This document shows positions 1 through 11,930 of a DNA stretch of 64,000 nucleotides, one piece after another. Each line of letters opens with the position of its first letter. Within the stretch, counting starts at the first letter, position 1. The translations under genes and the position numbers were made by a program. Under the pieces are notes generated by a model. It made no database searches. It saw nothing but the letters and a program-made list of their open reading frames with translations, and was not told where the DNA came from. Origin of the DNA: Adineta vaga. Its lineage: Eukaryota > Animalia > Rotifera. Location: assembly GCA_021613535.1 (NCBI GenBank), contig CP075492.1, positions 17,732,001 through 17,796,000 of the forward strand. The letters run 5' to 3'.

Positions 1-323
1 TATTTTATTTCGTTGACTCAAACTGAAGATTAATTTTAAAAAATTGATTGTAAAATACCTCAATTGCTGTTACGAAAGGCCTCTTTGGAATTCCTAGCAT
101 TTCTCCTTCATAGCTCTCATGGTTCCTAAAGATTTCCGAGAATTTCTGAAGATTCTAACAGATTATGTAAACCTTTTTTGTATTCCAATGCTCTTCTGAT
201 ATCAATACTAGAATTAATTAAAAAAATTCCAAAGACTTTCATTCAACTATAATATCGATTAGTCATTCGATAAGAAAGCATTTCGTTTTTTTTTGTTATT
301 GACAATGTGCGAAAGGAAAAGAA

Positions 324-2840
324 ATGTCAACACATTTCTTATACACAACAACATCAGCGTTATCGTTCTTTTTTCTGTGTTGGACTTTACCAAGTGGTAT
401 TTATAATAAATTAAAGATATTTAGTACGATGGAAAAATCAATGTCTATTCGAAATATGAAAATAACAACAAAAAATTCTTCGAAAAATATCATTTCTCCA
501 CATATATTGAATATGGTCAAAGAAACATCCATCACTGTACCTAATACAAGTCTTTTCTCATCGGATGATACAGAATTGGAGAACGAACGTGATTATTTTA
601 TTTCCAAGAAACTCCAAACAGCAACAATTACTGATTGTGATTATTCTCCATTGCAAGCAAAGATTGATTTTCCGCACAAGTTTCGACTTATTTGGTTACA
701 TTCAATTGACTCTCAAGTAAATCCAAATCCTTTTTTTCTTTTTACAGTTGATACATTCGATAATTTTACTAATTCTAACGAATGCATTGCATTTATAACA
801 ACAAATAAAGATGATATATTCTTTCTAATTACATCAAATGAACTTGTACAAAGTCTAATCTCTCATATTCATCATCTATCACAAATGCATTCAATTCTTA
901 TATTTCCTTCAACTATATCTAAAAATACACAATGGATCAAAACTTGGTCAAAAATTAAAGGATTTTTTACTGATATTTCATCAATTATACAAACACTTCG
1001 GAAAGAAATTCAAGAATATCGTCATAATTCATTTATTATTGGTATTACAAGTAAAAATCTATATCACATAGATTCATGGTTTGTATGTACACAATTATTA
1101 AAAGAACTTCTTATCGAAACAAATCTTAAAAATAAACTTGATAAGAAATTTCTTGAATTTTGTCAAGAAAAACTTCGTATAAAAAAATCTGTTCTCGATG
1201 ATTTTCAACAAACTTATTATTTACATTCACCAATCTGGTGGTTTATACAAGATTATTTTCTTTTTCATACAATTAATCAAGCATTTCAATTACATCAAAT
1301 CAACGTTCTTATAGAAATGAAATTCTTTATTCAAGATCTTTGTCAAGAAATTCAAAAGAAATCAAAATTAATATCTGAAACAATGACACTGTATCGAGGT
1401 CAAAGATTATCCAATGAAGATTTTCAATACTTTTATACGATACAAGGTGGTCTTTGTTCATTTAATAGTTTTTTAGTAGCAACTATTTATGAAGAAACAG
1501 CAATTTCTTATGCTCGAAAGGATCCTAATCTGATTGGAATTGTTTTTCAAATAAATATTTATCTATCGAAAGGAAATTCTATAGAAATAGTTTCATTAGA
1601 AAATGATGATTTACAAGGAGAATTTTTATTTATGATTAATACAATGTTTCGAATTGGTCAAATGAAACAAATTGATGATCAACTTTGGCAAATTCAATTG
1701 GAATTGATCAATAATGATGATGAAGATTTCAAACAAATCAATAAATTTATTGAAAAACAAACTCAAGGATCATTTGGATGGGATCGAATTAGTAAATTAT
1801 ATTTTAATATGGAATATTTCGATAAAGCTGAAGAAATTTTACAATTTCTAATTGATAAAACGGATAAGAATCATGTAACAACACTTGTTGATCAATATCA
1901 TTTAATGGGATTAATTAAAACAAAAAAATATGAATATAAAAAAGCATTTCTTTATTATTATAAAGCATTGAAATTAATTACAAATTCTGTTCATGTGAAT
2001 TTATCAATAATTTATAATGATCTTGGATTATTATATTATCAATTAGAAAAATATACTGAAGCAATACTATTTTATCAAATGGCATTAGATCTTCAGAGAG
2101 AATCGAAGAATTCATTGGACTTGATTACTATCTATTATAATATGGGTCAAGTATATAAAGATCTAAATAAATATTCTGATGCATTACAATGTTATGAAAA
2201 TATCTTAGAAATTCATCAACAATCTATTCCATTAAATTATTCTAAATTATTGAATACTCACGAAACTATTGCCAATATCCATATCGATATGGAGAATTAC
2301 AGTGAAGCATTGAAAGTATTTGAAAAACAATTGAAAATACAAAAAGATTATTTTCCTGAATATTATATTAGTATTGCACTTATTCAAAATAATATTATTC
2401 AAATCTATGACAAAACCGAACAACATTCAATAGCATTGAACTATTTTGATAATGCACTTCAATATTGTCAAATAGAATTTCAAAATTTGAATAAAGATAA
2501 TATTCATTATTTCTTCTATTTAACTATGATTTATAATACAATTGGTGAAATTTATAAAAGTATGAAGATATTTGATGAAGCACTTAATTATTTCAGAAAG
2601 ACACTAAGAATTATAAATCGATTTCTTCATGTAAATAAATCAACTTTGGCTACACTGTATTATAATATTGGACTTATGTGTGAACATATTTATCAATATG
2701 AAAACGCATTTTTTGCATATGGCAAAGCGATAAAGTTAATTAAAAAATTATCACCACCAAATTCTTGCAAACTTCGATTATATCGATCACATTGGAATAA
2801 AGTATCGAAAAAAGTCGCTTTAGATTCAAGAATGGTATAA
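324..2840 (+). CDS. Receiver-like domain + ADP-ribosyltransferase (ART)-like domain + TPR-repeat protein; catalytic motifs partly degenerate
   Basis: 838-aa ORF with LYRGQRLS, FNSFLVAT (S-T-S lost), LQGEFLF...FRI, then TPRs (IYNDLG, YYNMGQ, YNTIGE). The true start may be a later Met (~429). Confidence 0.85.
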   Translation: MSTHFLYTTTSALSFFFLCWTLPSGIYNKLKIFSTMEKSMSIRNMKITTKNSSKNIISPHILNMVKETSITVPNTSLFSSDDTELENERDYFISKKLQTATITDCDYSPLQAKIDFPHKFRLIWLHSIDSQVNPNPFFLFTVDTFDNFTNSNECIAFITTNKDDIFFLITSNELVQSLISHIHHLSQMHSILIFPSTISKNTQWIKTWSKIKGFFTDISSIIQTLRKEIQEYRHNSFIIGITSKNLYHIDSWFVCTQLLKELLIETNLKNKLDKKFLEFCQEKLRIKKSVLDDFQQTYYLHSPIWWFIQDYFLFHTINQAFQLHQINVLIEMKFFIQDLCQEIQKKSKLISETMTLYRGQRLSNEDFQYFYTIQGGLCSFNSFLVATIYEETAISYARKDPNLIGIVFQINIYLSKGNSIEIVSLENDDLQGEFLFMINTMFRIGQMKQIDDQLWQIQLELINNDDEDFKQINKFIEKQTQGSFGWDRISKLYFNMEYFDKAEEILQFLIDKTDKNHVTTLVDQYHLMGLIKTKKYEYKKAFLYYYKALKLITNSVHVNLSIIYNDLGLLYYQLEKYTEAILFYQMALDLQRESKNSLDLITIYYNMGQVYKDLNKYSDALQCYENILEIHQQSIPLNYSKLLNTHETIANIHIDMENYSEALKVFEKQLKIQKDYFPEYYISIALIQNNIIQIYDKTEQHSIALNYFDNALQYCQIEFQNLNKDNIHYFFYLTMIYNTIGEIYKSMKIFDEALNYFRKTLRIINRFLHVNKSTLATLYYNIGLMCEHIYQYENAFFAYGKAIKLIKKLSPPNSCKLRLYRSHWNKVSKKVALDSRMV

Positions 2841-2874
2841 TAGAAATGTTTATTCGAAAGCAAAACGAATCATA

Positions 2875-2921
2875 TTGAGGGTGTGGATGTGAAAGTGTCT
2901 CTTCTTTACTTACACGCTCAA
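2875..2921. repeat. Telomere-like inverted-repeat element
   Basis: ttgagggtgtgg...tacacgctcaa, ~35 nt after the ART-TPR stop. Confidence 0.75.
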
Positions 2922-3161
2922 AATATATATTCAAATAATATCGAGATTGAAATATGACAACCTTTATAAATGTAAACGTAAATTTGTCCTATATCTATTT
3001 TGTGTACAATAGATCACGTAAAGATAGGAAGTATAGTGACAGATTTTTCGTTCGATGCAATGTTTCTTGCATTTTATCATTGCTCTGATAAAAGAACACA
3101 ATTGAAAAGTATTTTCCAACAATAATTTATTTTTAAATTAAAATTATTGGTGAAATAAACT

Positions 3162-3593
3162 ATGAACAATAGTCAAGCGTACTGCTTAACATTTATGATA
3201 GCCAGTCTTGCTCTACTGTTAAAACTTATTACTCTCGTGACAGCGGCACCGACTACAAATGTTATCACGATGACAGCAACAAAAATATTATTCACGAATA
3301 TTCAGCGAACAGGTAACCTTTAGAATCGGTGAGGATAGGTGAGAGTGTCTTTATTCTCTTCATGCCCTCAAGAAGAAATTCAATAAATTTTGTATTGAGT
3401 CGGAAAAACGGCAGTTGTTCTTTATAATCTTGAATGCATCTCGACTCTATTTAGGATGGTTTAATGCTATAGTAGCATGTATAATAGTCGAATGTTTCAT
3501 ACAGCATCCTTATTAGCAGATGGAGGAGTATTAGTTACTGGTGGATATGATGATGAATATAAATACCTAAACATAACTGAATTATATTGGTAA
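3162..3593 (+). pseudogene. Short Kelch-repeat gene remnant
   Basis: Hydrophobic first exon, GT..AG intron (~3313-3454), then WFNA followed by a frameshift into SSMYNSRMFHTASLLADGGVLVTGGY...TELYW* (one Kelch repeat). Confidence 0.6.
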
Positions 3594-3829
3594 TAACACA
3601 TCGAAGTGCTAATTGGTGGTGAAATGACATTTTACACAAGTTAACATTATACGAACATATTTGAATCTTTCATATGATTATATATTTCTTTCAGTCTTAT
3701 TTTACTAATCACGAATCCTTTATTTCTATTATTTTTCGGCATGAATATGTGTGGGTAAAAGTAGTACTTTTAAACATCAGTTCCATTCTTATGATAAATT
3801 TTAATATAATATCATAAAGAATGATAAAC

Positions 3830-5147
3830 TTTTATCACATGTATCTATTGTCTCTATTGATGCATCATCAAGTATTTTTAATGCTTCTTCTTCATTTAAA
3901 TTATCATACTCATGTGTTTCTAAATACACCGAAGATCAGATAGATTCCACAATCTCTGTTGTCATTGGAGTATCGCCAGAATTACTTGTTGTTGTTATAG
4001 TTGTGAATATTGATCCCCATGTTGAGATCAACTGCTGTTTGGTTTGGAATTTCCCGAAGAATCATATTGTCATTATTTCCGTTAACTAGTTTTTCTACAG
4101 CAATCAATGTTTTATATGGAGATAAAATATTGTATTTGAGAGATACTTGAATAATATATTTCTTTCTTGTTTGATCTTGAAAACGTGATTGTAATGAACC
4201 TTTATTGATTTCTTTCGTATGTTCCAATTCAAGAATAAGTACTTTAGCAGCAAGACGTGAAATTATTTCACTATTCGCTATAATCGAGATTTGAACAGAA
4301 TGAGCTTTACTTAATTGATAATACAGAGAAATTCTCATCTAAAGGCAAAGTAATCATAGTATTTGTAAGATCATAGATGCTTAAACGATCATTAGCATAA
4401 ACTGGAGGCAATTGAATACTTGATTGTAAAGCTCTTTTTAATTGTTCTTGTACATATATATCTACTCGTTCATGAAATGGAATAAAAACAAATCGATCTT
4501 TGATAAAAGCTTGACTATAGATGACATTGCCAAACCAAAGGAAAGAATTCGAGTAGATAAAGACATTGATCGACACACATCTAAAACTTGAGAAACATCG
4601 CCTATCTCACCATTCGTTAGAAGAAAGATTGACCGTGAAAGTTCTTTAATTGAACGATGATCTTTCAACCATTTTAATGGAACGAACTGGAAGATGATGA
4701 AAAAATGTAAATCAAACTAACTCACTAATTCAGTTCCACCTAAATCAGTTTCCATTTGTTTGACAAAATTTTCCGCTTTTTGTAGATTTTGTTTTATTAG
4801 AGTTAACAGTAACTCGTGGAAATAATGACGAATAAGATGATAGAAGATTTTTAAGAGAAAGTATAACATCTTTTCTTAGTTAAATCAATTTTGTCTTCTG
4901 ATTGCGTTGATCCACTACAATCTACTACAAAAATATATTCATTTGTTTGATTATCATTTTTTCTTTGTCGACAATCATCTTTTTTAGGAAGAAAATTAAC
5001 CATCAGAGCATTAGTTTGTTTTTTAATACGTTCAATATTGATCAGATTAAAGCACATAGGTGAAATAGGAGACATTACAAGAGATTGATTGATGAAAACT
5101 AGATGAGAATTCTTATTGAAAATGTTCACTTTCATATTTATTGCCAT
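3830..5147 (-). pseudogene. VWA5A-like (von Willebrand factor A domain protein) pseudogene
   Basis: Consecutive fragments in different frames: EYIFVVDCSGS (MIDAS-like), RSIFLLTNGE...RILSFGL, EQLKRALQ, ISRLAAK...SLKYNILSPY..IAVEK. Multiple frameshifts. Confidence 0.8.
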
Positions 5148-5616
5148 ATGGATAAATATTCAAATCGATTGCATAATATTGCTTCCATTAAAATCAAGAA
5201 TTCTGAAAGATCATAGATGACATTTTCACTTATCAATCGTTCAAAATAGAGTCAATTAATTCGAATAGTCTAATAAACTATTTTCCGTTAAGAATTGTCA
5301 TATTTTCATTTAAATAAATATTGATTATTGAATAAAAATAATCATTTATATTTTTCACAGTAAATGTATTTATCCGATGACTCATGTGATTTAACTAACA
5401 TGTGTATGTTGTCTATGTTTACCTTTTCATTTCACGTGTTGTTAAGTGAGACGATGATGCAAAAGAAAAAGAACGAAAGAAAATATTAACAAGGGAAATT
5501 GCCAAGAAAATAAATCTAATATAAAAAGAATTGTTCTTTTCATAATTCATCTATTATACAATTTAAACTGAGTAAGATTGATTTAACCATTTATACTCAT
5601 TATATATTATTGAAAT

Positions 5617-5901
5617 ATGAAAGTTATTATACAAACAATGGATGATTATCGAATTACATTCAAAGCAGAACCTTCAGATAAAGTGGAACAATTGAAAATT
5701 AAGATTGAAAATATCCTAAATCTCCATTCTAATCAACAACGTTTGATATTCTGTGGTCATAATCTTCAGAATGATAGATTACTTAGTGATTACAACATCA
5801 TCAATGAAAGTGAAATACTTCTCGTCTATCGTTTTCCATGCAGTATGATGCTAGAGACTGCACAAAGATTTTATCCTGATAAATTAATATATTCTGAATA
5901 A
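5617..5901 (+). CDS. Ubiquitin-like protein lacking the C-terminal GG
   Basis: MKVIIQT...EPSDKVEQLKIKIE...QQRLIFCGHNLQNDRLLSDYNI follows the ubiquitin pattern; LRGG is replaced by a ~20-aa tail. Confidence 0.8.
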   Translation: MKVIIQTMDDYRITFKAEPSDKVEQLKIKIENILNLHSNQQRLIFCGHNLQNDRLLSDYNIINESEILLVYRFPCSMMLETAQRFYPDKLIYSE

Positions 5902-5964
5902 AAATAAATACTGAAGATGTTCAATATTCTTTCAAATTATTCCACTATTGATAGAATATTTGAC

Positions 5965-6023
5965 AAGGGTGGGTATGAGTGTGGATTAAGAGCGTAGCAT
6001 CATGTACACGCACACCCACCCTT
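5965..6023. repeat. Telomere-like inverted-repeat element
   Basis: aagggtgggtatgagtgtg...cacgcacacccaccctt, downstream of the ubiquitin-like gene. Confidence 0.8.
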
Positions 6024-6317
6024 TTCCGTTTAAAGAAATTAATTCCTATTGAAGAAAAAAAAGCATTGCTGTATAATTCAGTTGGCTTTGCAGAAAGATT
6101 TTCATAATAAATCTATATGTAAGAAATGAAGAACAATGAATAAGGTTTAGGAAACTAATAAGACGAAAACAAAAAATAAAAGTTCTGTACCCATTGAGTG
6201 AAAATATTTCTCTTCAGTATTTTTTTTTGTATATAATATAAAAGTTCGTAGACATAAAAGAAAGACATTTTAGTATGAAATAAGAGCATTACTTCTAATG
6301 ATATATAAGCGGCGCTA

Positions 6318-6458
6318 GGACAGAATGTCGCGGACTCGTCGCAAGAACAAATGGTCGCATGGATAAATAGTCGTGTGGACAAAATGTTGCATGGGCAATT
6401 GTTGCAAACAGAAATCATCGCAATACTCAAAAAGTGACACTCGGGATAAACATGTCGA
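6318..6458. repeat. Degenerate tandem ~16-nt repeats (GGACAAAATGTCGC-like)
   Basis: ggacagaatgtcgc, gaacaaatggtcgc, ggataaatagtcgt, ggacaaaatgttgc, gggcaattgttgc, ggataaacatgtcg. Confidence 0.55.
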
Positions 6459-7982
6459 TCATTCTAATTGTTTAATCTCATCGGAATCCGACAAAACAAC
6501 ATAAGATTCTGTAGAAAACCTGATGGTGAAATCACATCGGAATCTATAGTGGCGATATTATAGATAGTTTTTGACCAACTGATCTGATAGGCGCCGAAGA
6601 ACACTAGTTAAGACTGCTTTAATGAACATTTATAAAATTTGTGGTAATTGCTATTTTTGCCGACGGGATCCGAATAATTTCTGCAACTGAGATTTCTTTT
6701 GAAGCCTTTAGAATATCCATATGTAACAAGATCCCGCCGAACTTTTACACCTGAATTGTGGATGACGATTTCTTATCTCTCATCATTATACCCACACCCT
6801 CAAGATTTGTTTGAAATATTGTTGTCAATCGAAAAACTATTTTTTCGTTGAATTTATTTTCTGAAATTATTCGAAATAATTTTCTTTTGAATTGCATCGA
6901 GACAAAAATCATTGAAATACTTAGGAAATAGAAGAAAATACAAAAAGCTTTTTCCTTTCTTGGAAACAAAACCATTCGAATTTTTCTTCATTTTCAATTC
7001 TTCTTTTTTTTCATTGAATCAAATGAGGAAAAATCTTCTCCGATAACTTTATTTATTTAATAATAAAACACTCAAAAAACATTGCATTCTTTTTTTACTT
7101 TCATTTGCGGTAACTGGCGGTATCTCGCGGCTTAAACATACATAATAAAGTCGATGTTCCATAGGTGGTTGTGTGGAGGACAGAAAAGAATAATGACGAC
7201 AAAAAGATTAGAATAACAAGCTACAAGAAGAAATGGAAAAAGAATATACTATTCTCCTTCTTCTTTTCTTTCATCATATCAAACTTTAAAGTATCTATTC
7301 TGTTTTTCAAGAAAAAGCTTTGATTTGGTCAAGAATCGATTCCATGGCTGAAAGACTTATTCTTCAATGATTTCTCGATGCTGCTGAATTTGAAAGTTTC
7401 AGAGTAGATTCATCTCAATGACCCAATCGAGTTAACTGTTTTTTCTTCGAAAAGTTCCGAAAATTTACGTAAGAAGAAGCAAAAAATTCACCCTCCGATT
7501 CGAAACCCGACTAATTTTTGAAACTACTAGGCTTTATAAGTGAGTAAAGAGTATATATTCAGATCCACATCCTCAAAAGAGTTTTGTTCAGATTTCTTTA
7601 GGAAACAAATTCTCTTTTAACTATACGAGATACTGTGATGAGTATATATGAAGTAAATCAATTTAATGAATACCTGCACCCTACGTACTTAGCTCGATCA
7701 ATCAATATATTGTTTATGAAAATTGACAGTTTGTAATGATTGATCGAATCCTTTCGAGCTTTACTTAAACGTTCAATGATGTTTTCTGAAAATTCTCCTA
7801 TAGAGTTAAAAGATAGAACTATTTATCTCACGAAATTTGTTTGAAACTCTGCTATAAATTTAATATTATTCCACATATTAAAGACAAAATAATGCGATCA
7901 AATAAATGACAATTCACAATTTATATTGAATTGACACAATTATTTCAGATCATTTTCATTTTTTTGTCAATTAAAAGAATAA

Positions 7983-10882
7983 ATGTTCACAAGAAACCGT
8001 TTTTGTGATATTGATTGTTCAGTTCGAACATTGCCACCTATTTATGATTTTCGTAGTCAAAAACTAGTTTCATTTGAAGAAGCATTCAAGCCAATTGAAT
8101 CACAAATTGAACAGCTATCCTCTTATGTCAATATAGCTAAAGAACATTGTCATTATCCATCTGAACATAACTTAACACGTGATGAATCTGGATCAATTTA
8201 TATTTATACAATGGAATGGGGTGAACAAAGTTTACATCGTATTTTAAATCAAGCGTTAAGAAATGAAAATCGACAAGCTTTGAAAATTTGGTTTCCTTAT
8301 TTAAAATTATTTGATTGTGCATTAGATAAATTACCAACAGTACGAGAAAATCTATGGCGTGGAATTCCTGAAGATATTGGAAAAACATTCATTAAAAATC
8401 AAGTTTTAACATGGTGGTCTGTAAATTCATGTTCATCATCAGTTGATGTTATCAAAAGATTTATTGGAAATAGTCGAATATCAACACTTTTCTTAATTGA
8501 AGCAATGAATGGAAAAAATATTTCAAATTATACAGAATTACCAAACGAAGAGGAATTTATTTTAAAAATGGAAACACAATTGCGTGTTCAAAATGATGCA
8601 TCAGATCATCCAAATGGATCATTTATTGTTCATTTAATTGAAACCGATGATGAGGAAGATTCACTAGCAAGAGCAACAAATCAAATTAGTTTAACAACAA
8701 TTAAAAGAAAGCAAACCAAACCAAGTAAGTCCATTGTTTTAAAAATAAATATTCAAAATTTCATGAAAATCTTTTCAAAAGAAACGAAAAATGAAATTTT
8801 ATAAACAAATTTAGTTTTCACGATTGTTTTTTCTCTTCTTTTGTTTAGAATTAAAATTTCAACAGTATGGAAAAATTGTTGCGGGAAGAAGTGGAAAAGG
8901 AAGTCGAGTAAATCAATTCTATTATCCTTATGGAATTTTTGTTGATGAAAACAAAACGATTTTCGTTGCTGATTATCTTAATGATCGTATTGTTAAATGG
9001 AAATGTGATGGAAAACAAGGACAAATTGTTGCAGGTGGAAATGGACAAGGAAACAGAATAGATCAGTTAGACAGACCAACAGATGTGATTGTTGATCAAC
9101 AAAATCATTCGCTCATCATTGCTGATCAAGGGAACAGACGAGTGATTCGATGGTCACGAGATCAAAAACAACAAATTCTCATCGAAAATATTGGTAGCTA
9201 TGGTTTAACAATGGATCCATATGGGTATCTTTATGTTTCTGATTATGAGAAGAATGAAGTGAAAAAATGGAACTTGGAAAATATAAATGAAAACAAAGAA
9301 GGAATATTAGTTGCAGGTGGAAATGGACAAGGAAATCAACTCAATCAACTTAATCGGCCGAGTTTCATTTTTGTTAATAAAGATCAATTTCTTTATGTTT
9401 CAGATCATTGGAATCATCGTGTGATGAAATGGAGAAAAATGCGCATGAAGGAATTGTTGTGGCTGGAGGAAATGGTAAAGGAAACAATCTCAATCAATTG
9501 ATTTGTCCTCAAGGATTGTTTGTTGATGAATGCAATCAAATCTATGTGGTAGATCACGGGAATCATCGAATAATGCGATGGTGTGAAGGAGGTGAAGAAG
9601 GTTCGATTGGCGTTGGTGGAAGTTGTTATGGAAGTGCATGGTTTTGTCCTCAAGATTTATCATTTGATTTGGAAGGAAATCTTTATGTTACTGATTCGAA
9701 AAATGATCGAATTCAAAAATTTGAAATTGATGTTAATTACCACTCAACGCAATTATCAGAAATAGCCAAAGACATCGATGGGCAATTAAATATTTACAAG
9801 CAAGAAAAGTCATCATCATTAGAGTTATCATTAAATATACAGGAAGCTGCGATGATTCCAACACCAAGTATGTGTAAAGTTGTTACTTTCAATAAATATA
9901 AAATATCCTCAGAATAATCAGATGTCCATAGAAATAAGTTGAAACTTTATAAATATATTTATTATTTTAAGGTGAACTAAAAAACTATCAATTTGATGTT
10001 ATTGATATTAAAAAGCAGTTAAGTCCACGAAGTGATGCTATGTTTAAATTACTATTATCAATGAGTAAAAATTCAATCATTATTGAAGACAATAGTTTCG
10101 ACATCGACTCTATCAAAACATCGAAGAAAATCATGTTTCTCATCACTAGCAATGAATTTTTTACTAATTTAAAAAGTCCAACAAAACACTTCAAAGCAAT
10201 TTTCATTTTGGATGATGATAAAAACAAAACTGACAATCGAGAACGATTTTCATCTAGTGAACATCTTATCTTTCGATTAGTCGATGAATTATATCGATGT
10301 TATAAAATAGAAGCGAAGGAAGATGAAAAAAATGGCAATATATTCGTAGCACGAATTAAAGAAGAAATCGCTGATAAACTGGATGATGAATTAAAAAAAG
10401 CATATCAATCAGTACCAACAAACATGACCACTACGACATCATCAATTGATACTACAATAATATTGATTTGGTTCACATCAGAAGATAATTGTAATGAAGT
10501 GAAACAGTTACAAGATCTACTTATTAATATTATCTCACAATTTCATTCATTCTATAATATAGATGATTTTCTTAATTATCAAACGAATAATAAAATATTC
10601 GGCAATATATTTCTCATTCAAGATACAAAATATGAAGATAGAATCATAGAAAATCTTCAAGAATCATTAAATATTAAAACTATTTATCATTATGGACAAA
10701 CATCATCTAAATATAAAACAATTATTGACAATTACAATGATCTTTGTTTCGAATTAATATCTGATCTTGCTTCGTATTACAAAAAATTAGGTTCTGTCTG
10801 TAGTTCTGTCAAAGATACAAAAAAAGCACAAGAGATGTTTGATAAAGCAGCTCAACTTTATAAAACTCTTCATAAATTTTGA
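7983..10882 (+). CDS. ART (R-S-ExE) + NHL-repeat protein running into a receiver-like module; one frameshift near 9434-9439
   Basis: Exon 7983-8724 has LWRGI, WWSVNSCS and NEEEFIL. Intron 8725-8848 joins in frame to NHL repeats. A 1-nt shortage in an A-run shifts RVMKWRK|NAHEGIVVAGG. Intron 9868-9971 joins in frame to the 10040-10882 ORF. Confidence 0.7.
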
Positions 10883-10968
10883 ACGAATTTTGTTTTAAAA
10901 TAGAAAAAGATAAAACCTATCTTGTTTGATTGATTTTTAAATAATATTCTAATGAAATTTTATTCTAG

Positions 10969-11508
10969 ATGCCAAGTTTGGATGATATTCAATTTGCAGA
11001 TCATCTTTATAGAGATGCAAATATGTCCGCTCTTCTTCTTTATGAACTAAATGGTGTAGGTGTGTTTATAGAATTATCTGATGCTCTTATAATGAGGTTT
11101 ATTCAAGTATTTTATCAAACAATTCTTTGCCAAAATCGTATAAATCGAAATCTTCAGCAAGATATTACATTATTTGCATATGATGAAAATATGTATCCAT
11201 GGTTACCAGACGAAAACAATATATCTCATAATCTAAAAGAAATCAATATCTTTTGTCATAATAATGATGAATTATTTGTTATAGATTGGATCAGTTTCTG
11301 TAGAATTCACATGGAAAATATCAAATTTAATATATGTACTTTTGAAAATCTCAATGATGAGTTATTATCGTTTGGACTTAAATACATTAGGAAATTGCGA
11401 CAACAATTTGCAAATAATAATGATATCTTTAATCAATTAAATGAACAATACCATGTGATTTGTGATACATTGGAACGTAATGCATCAAACAGAACGATCG
11501 TCGCTTAA
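10969..11508 (+). CDS. Uncharacterised protein, possibly receiver-like alpha/beta fold
   Basis: 179-aa ORF whose ATG directly follows a candidate AG acceptor; polyA-like AATAAA downstream; NLKEINIFCH resembles QINEIYILCH in the ART-TPR N-terminus. Confidence 0.5.
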   Translation: MPSLDDIQFADHLYRDANMSALLLYELNGVGVFIELSDALIMRFIQVFYQTILCQNRINRNLQQDITLFAYDENMYPWLPDENNISHNLKEINIFCHNNDELFVIDWISFCRIHMENIKFNICTFENLNDELLSFGLKYIRKLRQQFANNNDIFNQLNEQYHVICDTLERNASNRTIVA

Positions 11509-11612
11509 ATAGAATTACACACAATATTATTTATTATAACTTGTTGATTAAATTTTTTTTCAAATAAAATTCACTAAGAAAACTCAATTATTATAGACAG
11601 AAAACAATTAAT

Positions 11613-11673
11613 TCTTGAGGATGTGGGTGGTTGTATCATTTAACGTTCTAAATCCACACCTCCACCCTCAAGA
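11613..11673. repeat. Telomere-like inverted-repeat element
   Basis: tcttgaggatgtgggtgg...ccacacctccaccctcaaga. Confidence 0.85.
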
Positions 11674-11930
11674 TGATTATGGAAGCATAAAATTGATTTG
11701 AATCTTATCTGTTCAATCGAGAATGTACTTATAGATGAGAAGTATGTACTCACAACTTCACCGACTCTTCGTGTCAATAGATTTTTTTTCTTTCTTCATA
11801 TCATCATATCAGTATAAGAAAAAGACATTTTGCACTGTCTTAACGAAAGCGAATTTTTTTATCGCACATGGGTAAAAAAGAAAGAAAAGAAAAAGTTATT
11901 CATTACATTCTTCTTATAACAAGACGAATA

